A DNA stretch of 31,752 nucleotides from Planctomycetota bacterium (GTDB lineage Bacteria > Planctomycetota > UBA11346). The notes beneath the pieces were generated by a model that ran no database searches, had not been told where the DNA came from, and worked only from the letters and a program-made list of their open reading frames with translations. Shown piece by piece: positions 18,868-26,996 of the stretch. The position numbers and the translations under genes were made by a program. Location of the stretch: NCBI GenBank assembly GCA_038213805.1, contig JBBQSO010000063.1, forward strand, positions 1-31,752. The letters are read 5' to 3'. How positions within the stretch are numbered: position 1 is the stretch's first letter; the number at the start of each line of letters is the position of its first letter.

Positions 18868-19949
18868 GACCGGCCCGCCTGCGCACCATCCTGCAGGCCG
18901 TGGGCCTGGTGCTTACGGTGGCCGCGCTGGTGGTCACCTCGCAGCGCAGCGCACGCGCGCACATCCTCGCCACCTTTCACGGCTACCGCACCGACCAGGA
19001 GGACGCGCAGCGCCTGCCAGTCGAGGCACTGGCGGTGACCACCTTCGACCACCTCGGCGATCCCGGCGTCGATCCTGAGCTCGCCGAGGCCGCGCTGAAC
19101 GTGCTGCGCCGCAGCGCAAGCTGGTTCAGCCTTGGCCCCTCGGTGGCGAGGCGCTTGACCGCTTGGGTGGACGGGCACCTCATCGACCCGCGCGTCGAGG
19201 CGGAATCGTTCCGCGCGGCCATCGACCAGTTGGTGATCTGCGACGAGGGCGCCGACGCCGAGCGTCTGCGCCTGGCGGTCGCAGCACGCGCACCGGCACA
19301 CGCCGCACAGGTCGAGGTGCTGACCCAGGCCAGCGCCCGCCTTCAGGAATCCGCGGGAACGCCGGCCGGCGACCAGGCCCTGGTGGCATTGGCCGACGCC
19401 TGGTCGGGGTTATTCGGCACCGATGGGCGGCGCCTCAACTGGGCGGCACGCGCGCAGCCCGCGGTGGTCGAGGCGGAGCGCGTGGCGGTCGCCGCGGTGG
19501 CGGCGCACGTGCGCGCCCTGCTCGATCCCTTCGGCGTGAAGATCGACGCGCGCTACGGGGACGGGGCGGCCGACGACGGCATGATCGCCTGGCTCGAGAG
19601 CCAGGCCGAGACCGTCGGCCGGGCGCGCCCCGAGCTGCGCGGCTGGTTGCGCCATGCGATGCGCCAGCTTGCGCGCCTTGATCCCGACTACCATCTCGAG
19701 CCGGTGGTCGCCGCCGCCATCGCCAGCGCCGTGCGCCAGCGCACCCTGCCCTGGTCGGGTCTGGTGGTCGCCGCCGGCGTGCTCACCGCTCTCGGCGCCG
19801 GCCTGTGGTTCTCGCTCTGGCGCCTGGCGCGCGGCCCCATCCCGGTCGACGTCAACGCCGAGACCATGCAGAACGTCGAGCCCATCGATCTCGATACCGA
19901 TGCGGACACGCGGGCGAAGCTGACGGGGTCGCACACCGACGTGGGGTGA
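18864..19949 (+). CDS. Hypothetical membrane protein with N- and C-terminal TM helices
   Basis: GTG 18864 overlaps the transporter TGA (GTGA); TM ILQAVGLVLTVAALVV and WSGLVVAAGVLTALGAGLWFSLW; acidic tail. Confidence 0.75.
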   Translation: MRPARLRTILQAVGLVLTVAALVVTSQRSARAHILATFHGYRTDQEDAQRLPVEALAVTTFDHLGDPGVDPELAEAALNVLRRSASWFSLGPSVARRLTAWVDGHLIDPRVEAESFRAAIDQLVICDEGADAERLRLAVAARAPAHAAQVEVLTQASARLQESAGTPAGDQALVALADAWSGLFGTDGRRLNWAARAQPAVVEAERVAVAAVAAHVRALLDPFGVKIDARYGDGAADDGMIAWLESQAETVGRARPELRGWLRHAMRQLARLDPDYHLEPVVAAAIASAVRQRTLPWSGLVVAAGVLTALGAGLWFSLWRLARGPIPVDVNAETMQNVEPIDLDTDADTRAKLTGSHTDVG

Positions 19950-19961
19950 CAGCGGCCATGC

Positions 19962-20915
19962 TCAGAACGCGGCGGGTGCGGCCGATCCGGAGGCGTCCGC
20001 CTGAGGCAGCTTCTGAAGCGCCATCTCGCCGGCACGTTGCAGCGCGTAGGTCTTCGCGGCTGCGGCCGTGGTGAACAGCGTCCGCGACTGCTCGTCACGC
20101 CACTCGCCCAGCACATAAATGGCGGCGATGCGCACCTGCAGGTCGCCGGAGTTGGCGTGAGCGCGGATCTGCGCGAGGAACTGATGATCGTCTATTCGCT
20201 GGTACAGGTAGATCGCGAGGTCCTGCATGCCGTTCATCGCCGGGTCATCCAGGCCCCGCGCGAGCCGCGCCAGTGCTTCGCCATCGCGCACGTCGACCAG
20301 GGCGCTGAGTGCCTCGCGCCGGACCGCCGTATGGCGGTCGTCGAGGGCCAGGGCCAAGCGGGTGCGCAGCGGCTCGCGGGCGGGCTTCGCGCCGCAAGCG
20401 GCGAGATCGAGGCCGAGATGCTGGGTGAAGAAGGTGCGTATCCGCTCGGGTTCGTAGGGGCGATCGAGCAAGGCCATGAGCCGGGCATCGAGCCCGGCGA
20501 CGTTGGAGCGGCGCAGCAGGTTGATCGCCTCATTGCGGACGGTGTCGTCATCGCTCCAATCTTCCATGACATGCACCACCGCCGCGATCTCGTCGGGAGT
20601 GGTAAGACGCGGGACCTCTGCCAGGAAGTCGGGTGACAGGCGCGGTGGCTGTCCAGGACCAACGGATTTGTCGACGAAGCGTAGCAGGGCCGCGTTGGCG
20701 GAGCGCAGCGGTTGCGCCGGCGGGACGGCGGGTGGAACCGAGATGGGAACGGCATTGGTCTGGGTGGTGGCAACGTGTCCGGACACTGGCGACTCGGACG
20801 CGTGCAATGTGCCGGGTGCTGTGGGCGCGGCGGTGCGCTTGGCTGCCGGCTCGCGCAGCAGCAGGATGATGAGGGTCGCGAGCACCAGGCCTGCGCACCA
20901 CAAGAGCTTGGTCAT
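19962..20915 (-). CDS. Membrane-anchored/exported HEAT-repeat protein
   Basis: N-terminal hydrophobic LLWCAGLVLATLIILLL, Pro/Thr linker, then DDDTVRNEAINLL, DRHTAVRREALSAL, DLQVRIAAIYVLGE. Start at ATG 20915. Confidence 0.82.
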   Translation of the reverse strand: MTKLLWCAGLVLATLIILLLREPAAKRTAAPTAPGTLHASESPVSGHVATTQTNAVPISVPPAVPPAQPLRSANAALLRFVDKSVGPGQPPRLSPDFLAEVPRLTTPDEIAAVVHVMEDWSDDDTVRNEAINLLRRSNVAGLDARLMALLDRPYEPERIRTFFTQHLGLDLAACGAKPAREPLRTRLALALDDRHTAVRREALSALVDVRDGEALARLARGLDDPAMNGMQDLAIYLYQRIDDHQFLAQIRAHANSGDLQVRIAAIYVLGEWRDEQSRTLFTTAAAAKTYALQRAGEMALQKLPQADASGSAAPAAF

Positions 20916-21012
20916 CACGCGGGTAGCCCGGGGATTGTGTTTGGAAATGCCAGTTGCACGAATGGCAATGATGCGCCGATGCACATCATTGGCGCTCAAA
21001 GTGATTATCAAG

Positions 21013-21041
21013 TTGACAGTTTCGCATCGGATGCCTATTTC
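21013..21041 (+). promoter_or_regulatory. Putative sigma70 promoter for the PA14 gene
   Basis: TTGACA (21013-21018), 17 nt spacer, TATTTC (21036-21041), in a locally AT-richer divergent intergenic region. Confidence 0.5.
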
Positions 21042-21121
21042 CAATGCGCGAAATGCGCCTTGGCGCCATTCTCATTGTAGTACACGACACTCGCCCGCCA
21101 TCGCCCTCCCGAGGTTCCGTC

Positions 21122-23845
21122 ATGCCCGCCCGCTCCATGTTTCTGGTCATCCTGCTGCTCGTATGCGGGCTGCCTGCCCAGGCAGCGGTGCCGACCGATC
21201 CCGGCCTCGCCCCGGGTGGACTGGCCGGATTCTACTACGCGACGCCTGATTTCAGCGGACCGGCCCAGATGGTGGTCGATGGGCAGGTCGACTTCGACTG
21301 GGGCACGGGAGCGCCGCTTCCCGGCATGCCGGTGGATGATTTCACCGTGCGCTGGCTTGGCCAGGTCCTGGCCACCGACAGTGAGGATCTGACCCTGGTG
21401 GTGCGTTCCGACGATGGCGTCCGCGTCTGGCTCGATGGCGTCCTGGTGATCAACGACTGGGTGGCGCGTGCCCCGAGCGAATCCCGCTACACCTTCCCGG
21501 CGCTCGCCGGCCATGCCTATGCGCTGCGCCTCGATTATTTCGAGGCCAAGGGCGGGGCGGTGGCCAGCTTGGCGTGGGAAAGCGCACACCATTCCCGGCA
21601 GGCCATCCCGTCCGCCAATCTGATCCCGCTGCTGCAGCCGTCGCTCATCGCGATCCCCGCCGCCTCGCCGGTCTCGCCGATCTGCCTGGTCGGCATGCGC
21701 CGACCGGATGCGCAGGTCCAAGTCAGCGCCGACGGCACGGTCAGGAAGGTCAAGGACCTGCCCGAGACCGGTTTCTACGCCGATGTCCCCCTCGACGCCC
21801 AGCGCGCCACCAGCATCACGGTCGATGGGCAGGTCGCTGAGGTCGCATGGACGCCGTCCGAGGTGACCGGTGACCACCACGTCGTGATCCGCGTCGGCGA
21901 TGCCCTGCTGCTGACCGCTGCGCGTGCGGTCGTCTACGACCTCATCACCGATTCGGGCGTGGTCGCGACCGGCAGGAAGCTCAAGGCCGGCGCCACGCGC
22001 GTGGAGCGCTTCGCAGCGGCAGGCCAGTACGCCGTGCTCGTCAGCGATGCCACGGGCGCGAGCGCCGGACGCATGGATATCGAGGTGGTCGGCGTCAATT
22101 TCGACGGCCCGGTCGCCTGCCAGGTCGGTTTCCGCCGCGAGAAGGGCGTCGAGATCAGCGGCGCTCCCGCCGACCGCGTCGAGTTCGCCGGCGCTGACGC
22201 GTCGCTGCTCGACGTGGCATTCAAGGAAGTGACCGACTACGGCGTGCGCATCTACCTGACCGCCCTGCGCCGCGGCGCGCCGCTGGCCGTGGCGCGCCTG
22301 GCTGGTGGCGGTGCGATCATCGGCACACAGCGCATCGACGAGTTCACGCTGTCGACCGATGCCCTGCTGGCGGCCGTGCGCAACGATGACAATGGCAGCG
22401 CCGGCGTCGCCATGACCTTGCGCCCGTGGCTGCCGGACCTCACCGCGCAGTTCCGCATCTTCGCCCACGCCACCACCTTCGAAGGCGGCGGCAAGGCCCT
22501 GGACATCAGCAGCAACGACGTGAAGACCTTCATTGATCCGGCGACCGGCGAGAAGTGCGGACTGTTCGAGTTTCAGCTCGCGATCCCGGACGGCGAGAGC
22601 CTCTACTGCTTCAATCTGGCAATCGACCAGCACAGCAACCATGGGACCACGGTGGGTGGCAGCACCTTCAATGGCGCCGCCTGCGACTTCACCGTCGACA
22701 AGCTGAGCATCGAGCAGGGCGATGTCACCGCCCACCAGCTGGTCATCAACGAGGGCGCGTCCAACGCTGACGCCAATCATCACGGCAAGCACAAGAAGGA
22801 CCACCCCATCCTGCTCGACACCAGGGCGGCCGGCAGCCTGGTGATGACGCCCGATCCCGTGAACGGCGCCACCTTCGACTGCGTGAAGGAGGACAACTGG
22901 CGCCCGATCATCACTGGCACGGCCAAAGCCAAGACCGGACTGTATTCGGTGGCCATCCACAACACGCTGTTCAAGGACTGCATTGAAGTCTACTCGAACT
23001 GCAAGTTCGAGCTCAGCGCGACCATTGAAAAAGCGGGCAAGGACAAGCTCTTCCGGGTCTTCCCCGGGACCAGTGTGACGATCAACTGCAAGCTCCTCAA
23101 GAAGGGCACCAACGATCCGGCTACGCACACCCTGTTTGTGACCGGCACCACCAGCATGCCATTCGAGATCACCTGTCCGAAGAAGGAGGGGGAGACGGTG
23201 ACGCAGAAGGTTGACGTCTTTGCGCTCAAGCTTCCCGCAGGCGATTATTCCGCGAGGATCCTGAGCTCGTCGAAGGAGAAGATCTTCACCGTCACCGACC
23301 GTCAGACCCTGAACAACATGATCGACACTCTGCATGGCGAAATGGGCCATGTGACGACCGGCGGCGCGGCCGTCACCCCCGGGGCAGCGACCATCGTGTC
23401 AGGTGGCACGACCGGAGCCTTCACCGTGACCATCACCCAGCCGTTCAACGTCACCTACGAAGCTGCCTCGGATCTGCAGAACTTTCTGAATCCCGGTCAG
23501 AGCATGGCGTGGTCGCCGGCGGAGATGGCGAAGGCGCCCGCGGGTGAGCTCACCAATTGGGGCCTGACCGTGGACTATGTGCAGAACCACGAGACCGGCC
23601 ATGTTGCGACCTGGGACGCCGAGAAGGTGGCGAACCGCGTCGAGACCGCGCATGGCAGCGGCACCGGGACAACGGCTGCGGAAGCCAGAACGGCGGCGAA
23701 CGCCGCGCTGGCCCTCGAAATCACCGCCATCGGCGCGATCCCTGCCCAGATCAAAACGGCCGACAATGAAGCTCAGGCAGCTTTTCACCTAACGCCGCGC
23801 GGCGGCGTCGATGTCGGGCAGTTCAAGATTCCCGGCCGGGATTGA
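21122..23845 (+). CDS. Secreted PA14-domain protein with C-terminal HExxH domain
   Basis: Signal peptide ending PAQA; PA14 motifs GLAGFYY, VDFDWGTGAP, DDFTVRWLG, SDDGVRVWLDG, LDYFEAKGGA; HETGH at 23588-23602. Confidence 0.87.
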   Translation: MPARSMFLVILLLVCGLPAQAAVPTDPGLAPGGLAGFYYATPDFSGPAQMVVDGQVDFDWGTGAPLPGMPVDDFTVRWLGQVLATDSEDLTLVVRSDDGVRVWLDGVLVINDWVARAPSESRYTFPALAGHAYALRLDYFEAKGGAVASLAWESAHHSRQAIPSANLIPLLQPSLIAIPAASPVSPICLVGMRRPDAQVQVSADGTVRKVKDLPETGFYADVPLDAQRATSITVDGQVAEVAWTPSEVTGDHHVVIRVGDALLLTAARAVVYDLITDSGVVATGRKLKAGATRVERFAAAGQYAVLVSDATGASAGRMDIEVVGVNFDGPVACQVGFRREKGVEISGAPADRVEFAGADASLLDVAFKEVTDYGVRIYLTALRRGAPLAVARLAGGGAIIGTQRIDEFTLSTDALLAAVRNDDNGSAGVAMTLRPWLPDLTAQFRIFAHATTFEGGGKALDISSNDVKTFIDPATGEKCGLFEFQLAIPDGESLYCFNLAIDQHSNHGTTVGGSTFNGAACDFTVDKLSIEQGDVTAHQLVINEGASNADANHHGKHKKDHPILLDTRAAGSLVMTPDPVNGATFDCVKEDNWRPIITGTAKAKTGLYSVAIHNTLFKDCIEVYSNCKFELSATIEKAGKDKLFRVFPGTSVTINCKLLKKGTNDPATHTLFVTGTTSMPFEITCPKKEGETVTQKVDVFALKLPAGDYSARILSSSKEKIFTVTDRQTLNNMIDTLHGEMGHVTTGGAAVTPGAATIVSGGTTGAFTVTITQPFNVTYEAASDLQNFLNPGQSMAWSPAEMAKAPAGELTNWGLTVDYVQNHETGHVATWDAEKVANRVETAHGSGTGTTAAEARTAANAALALEITAIGAIPAQIKTADNEAQAAFHLTPRGGVDVGQFKIPGRD

Positions 23846-23848
23846 GTC

Positions 23849-24910
23849 ATGGGCATCGCGCGCATGCGGTGGTGCCTGATGCTCGCGACCGCCCTGCTCG
23901 TTGACTGGTGCCCGGCCGCCGCGGGCGAGGCGGCGCCGGCGCTCCGCGAAGCGGCACCGCTGGTGGTGCACTGCAGCCCCGATCCGATCGTCCTGGGCGT
24001 CACCGCCCTGACGACCTGGACCATCAGCCCGCGGCCAACGTATGACGGCTCGCCAGCGGATGTGATCCTGTCCCGCGACCATGTCGACCGCATGGTCTTC
24101 GGCATGATGACCGAGGTGACGCTCGCGGGCGAGAGCGATGGGTTTTCACGGACGCGTGAGCGCAGGGTCCTGCCGGTCGCCCAGGACCAGATCCTGACGT
24201 TGCCCGTCGAGGTGATCCTGCCGGGCTGGCGGATGTTCGCGAGCGGAGCCCGCAAACCGTTCGCCGGCAAGCTCGAGTGCTGGTGGGACATCGGTGAGCT
24301 GGCCACCACCGCGAAGACCCCGTTGGCGCTGGTCGCGCCGCCGCTGCCGGCGACCCTGCCCGGCTCCGCAGATCCACCGCCGCGTATACGCCAGGCGATC
24401 CAGGAGCTGGATGGTGTGCTGGTCAGCACGGGTGCGGTGACCACGGCGGATGACCTGATCGTCCACCTGACGCACGTTCCGGTTGAGTATGCTCAGCCAG
24501 AGGCATGGGCCTCGGCGGCGATCGAATGGACGCGCCTGCCGACGCGTGCGGGCGATGCGACCGTGGTGTTTTCGCCGTTCCGGGCGGGTCTCAGGCAGCT
24601 GGTGGGTCCCGGTGGCGCGGTTGCGGAGGTGCCAATGATGCCCAGCGACCTGCATTTCCCCGTGTCGCAGGCCCTGCAGGATCCGCGCACCGGCCTGGTT
24701 CCGCCTGGGATCTACAGCGTGCGTCTGGCCATGGTCAGGCGCGCTGTGCCAGTCGGCGGCGACACCAGCGGGGCGCAGATTCTGATTTTGGCGCACACCG
24801 CGCACCGCTTCATCCAGGTCCTCGCCCGCGATGAGCAGGCGCTGCCGCTCTGCCCGACCTGCGGCGCACGCCTGCCCAGCGATCCAGCAGCGGGCCACGT
24901 CCACCCGTGA
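23849..24910 (+). CDS. Exported hypothetical protein, candidate partner/immunity protein
   Basis: Starts 3 nt after the upstream stop codon; signal-like N-terminus ...LMLATALLVDWCPAAA; C-terminal CPTCG. Confidence 0.7.
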   Translation: MGIARMRWCLMLATALLVDWCPAAAGEAAPALREAAPLVVHCSPDPIVLGVTALTTWTISPRPTYDGSPADVILSRDHVDRMVFGMMTEVTLAGESDGFSRTRERRVLPVAQDQILTLPVEVILPGWRMFASGARKPFAGKLECWWDIGELATTAKTPLALVAPPLPATLPGSADPPPRIRQAIQELDGVLVSTGAVTTADDLIVHLTHVPVEYAQPEAWASAAIEWTRLPTRAGDATVVFSPFRAGLRQLVGPGGAVAEVPMMPSDLHFPVSQALQDPRTGLVPPGIYSVRLAMVRRAVPVGGDTSGAQILILAHTAHRFIQVLARDEQALPLCPTCGARLPSDPAAGHVHP

Positions 24911-24944
24911 GGCGTCGGCGCGCTGTCGGGCGCAGCTGTCGGCC

Positions 24945-25625
24945 TCACTCCGCATAGCGTACCCACAGGCCCTTTTCCAGCACCTCCTGCGGCAGGAAGC
25001 GCGCCTTGTAGCTCATCTTGCGGCAGCCGCGCACGAGGAAGCCGAGGTAGAGCCAGCGCAGGCCCTGGACGCGGCAGTACTCGATCTCGGCGAGGGCCAT
25101 GAAGGTGCCGAGGGCGCGGTCGCGCTGCTGCGGATCGTAATAGCAGTAGACGCTCGACAGCGCGTCGCTGAAACGGTCGCAAATGCTGACGCCAAGCAAC
25201 CGGCCCTCGCCGTCGCGCGCGTGCAGCTCACCACCGCCGATGCCGCCGTCGGCGGTGAGGAAGGGCGCGGGGTCCTCGACCTCCTCCTTGCCGTGCACGT
25301 CGCGCTGGTACGCGCGGAACAAGGCGCGGCGTTCGTCGTCCAGGCCGCGCGGCTGCCAAGATGCCACCAGGTCGCGATTGGCCCGGGCGCAGCGGCGCTG
25401 GTCGCGGCGCGGGCTGAACGCCGCGACATCGACGCGTACCGGCTGGCAGGCGTCGCACGCCGGGCACATCGGCATGTAGAGGTGGTCCCCCGAGCGGCGG
25501 AAGCGGTGGTCCATCAGCTCGCGGTAGGGGATGTCGCGCGGCGGGTTGGGCTGCGGGTGAAAGGCGTGGAACTCGCGTCCGGGCAGGTACGGGCAAGGCC
25601 CGCAGTGGTAGACGACGCCGCGCAT
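24945..25625 (-). CDS. bpt: Arginyl-tRNA--protein transferase family (bacterial Asp/Glu leucyltransferase, Bpt/ATE)
   Basis: CPYLPGR, FRRSG..LY.P.C..C..C..VRV, LSSVYCYYDP, LGT...L.EI, LYLGF, KMSYKARF.P.E. Confidence 0.92.
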   Translation of the reverse strand: MRGVVYHCGPCPYLPGREFHAFHPQPNPPRDIPYRELMDHRFRRSGDHLYMPMCPACDACQPVRVDVAAFSPRRDQRRCARANRDLVASWQPRGLDDERRALFRAYQRDVHGKEEVEDPAPFLTADGGIGGGELHARDGEGRLLGVSICDRFSDALSSVYCYYDPQQRDRALGTFMALAEIEYCRVQGLRWLYLGFLVRGCRKMSYKARFLPQEVLEKGLWVRYAE

Positions 25626-25703
25626 CCGGTCAGCGCCCGACCCGCCGCGCGCGGCGGCCGTAAGGTATGTCGACGCGCGAGAGGGGCTCGGCGCGCATCG
25701 CGC

Positions 25704-26612
25704 TCAGGCTCCCGCTACCGGCGGCAGCGCCACCGCTCCGGCCATGACCTCTTCGGCGAAGTAGCTGGAGCGCACGTAGGGGCCGGAGGCGGTGTACTTG
25801 AATCCGGCTTCGCGGCCCCAGCGCTCGAAGGTGGCGAACTGTTCGGGGGTGACAAAGCGGATGATGTCGTGGTGCTCGAGGCTGGGCCGCAGGTACTGGC
25901 CGACGGTGAAGACGTCGACCTGGTGGCGGCGCAGATCATCCATCAGGCGGCGCACCTCGTCATCGGTCTCGCCCAGGCCGACCATGATGCCGGACTTGGT
26001 CACGATCGAGGGATCGGTGCGCTTGACCAGCGCGAGCAGGTCCAGCGAGCGCTGGTAGCGCGCTTGCGGGCGCACCGTGGGGTAGAGCCGTGGGATGGTC
26101 TCGAGATTATGATTGTAGACATCGGGCCTGGCGCGAACCACGGTTTCGATGTCCGCTGCGCGGCCCTGGAAATCCGGGGTCAGCACCTCGATGAGGGTGC
26201 CGGGCGAGCGTCGGCGGATCGCCGCGATGGCGGCGGCGAAGTGCGGCGCACCGCCATCCGCGAGGTCATCGCGATTGACCGAGGTGACCACCGCGAAGCG
26301 CAGGCCGAGCTCGGCGATGGCCTCGGCCAGGCGCTCCGGCTCGCTGGCGTCGAGCGGCGCCGGAGCCTTGGCCCACTTGACGTCGCAGAAGGTGCAGGTG
26401 CGCGTGCAGTGGTCGCCCATCAGCATGAAGGTCGCAGCGCGCTTCGACCAGCACTCCTGGCGGTTCGGGCAGGCCGCTTCTTCGCAGACCGTGACCAGGC
26501 CGTGCTTGCGCACGATGTCGTTGGTCACCGCGCTTTCAGCATTGGCGGGCAGGCTGCGCCGGAACCACTCGGGCAGGCGCGGACGGGTCGGGCTGATCGG
26601 GACGACGGGCAT
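25704..26612 (-). CDS. lipA: Lipoyl synthase
   Basis: TVCEEAACPNRQECW (auxiliary cluster), CTRTCTFC (radical SAM), VVTSVNRDDL, NHNLET, GQYLRPS, VRSSY. Confidence 0.98.
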   Translation of the reverse strand: MPVVPISPTRPRLPEWFRRSLPANAESAVTNDIVRKHGLVTVCEEAACPNRQECWSKRAATFMLMGDHCTRTCTFCDVKWAKAPAPLDASEPERLAEAIAELGLRFAVVTSVNRDDLADGGAPHFAAAIAAIRRRSPGTLIEVLTPDFQGRAADIETVVRARPDVYNHNLETIPRLYPTVRPQARYQRSLDLLALVKRTDPSIVTKSGIMVGLGETDDEVRRLMDDLRRHQVDVFTVGQYLRPSLEHHDIIRFVTPEQFATFERWGREAGFKYTASGPYVRSSYFAEEVMAGAVALPPVAGA

Positions 26613-26996
26613 GGCGGGATCATGGGGGTCTGTGGGGGATGGGAAGCCCGTGATCGGAGCTCAATCCAGCTAGCTGCACACCCAGGGCATGCGGCCTCTG
26701 GGCACTACCATCACGCACGCCATGGATCGTCCAAGATCGACTCGCACTGGCGCCTAGAGGAACTCACGTGGCCGCAGGGGACTGCGTCGCGGCTCACGCG
26801 GGCCTTTGGAGAGGAGTTTTCAACTTCACCTGAGCCATTATGGGCTCATTCCTATCGCGTCGTCCGCTGCGGCCCCAATCCTCGCTGTCTGCGTCTTGCC
26901 GCTAAGCGGTCGCGTCGTGGCTTGGGAGCATTGTCAGTTGGGCCGCTATTCGCCAAGGCCCGCGCCCGGCTCATGGCGCAGTCGGCGCGTATCCTG

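Noticed and set aside
19950..24944. Mobile element or genomic island boundaries around the HEAT/PA14 block
   Set aside because: No integrase, transposase, tRNA or convincing direct repeats; only a 6-bp GACAGC/GCTGTC match, expected by chance.
26800..26850. Glycine riboswitch suggested by GGAGAG near lipA (also GGAGAGACC at 11808)
   Set aside because: The downstream CCGAAG and CTCTCAGG elements are missing, and near lipA the motif is on the wrong strand.
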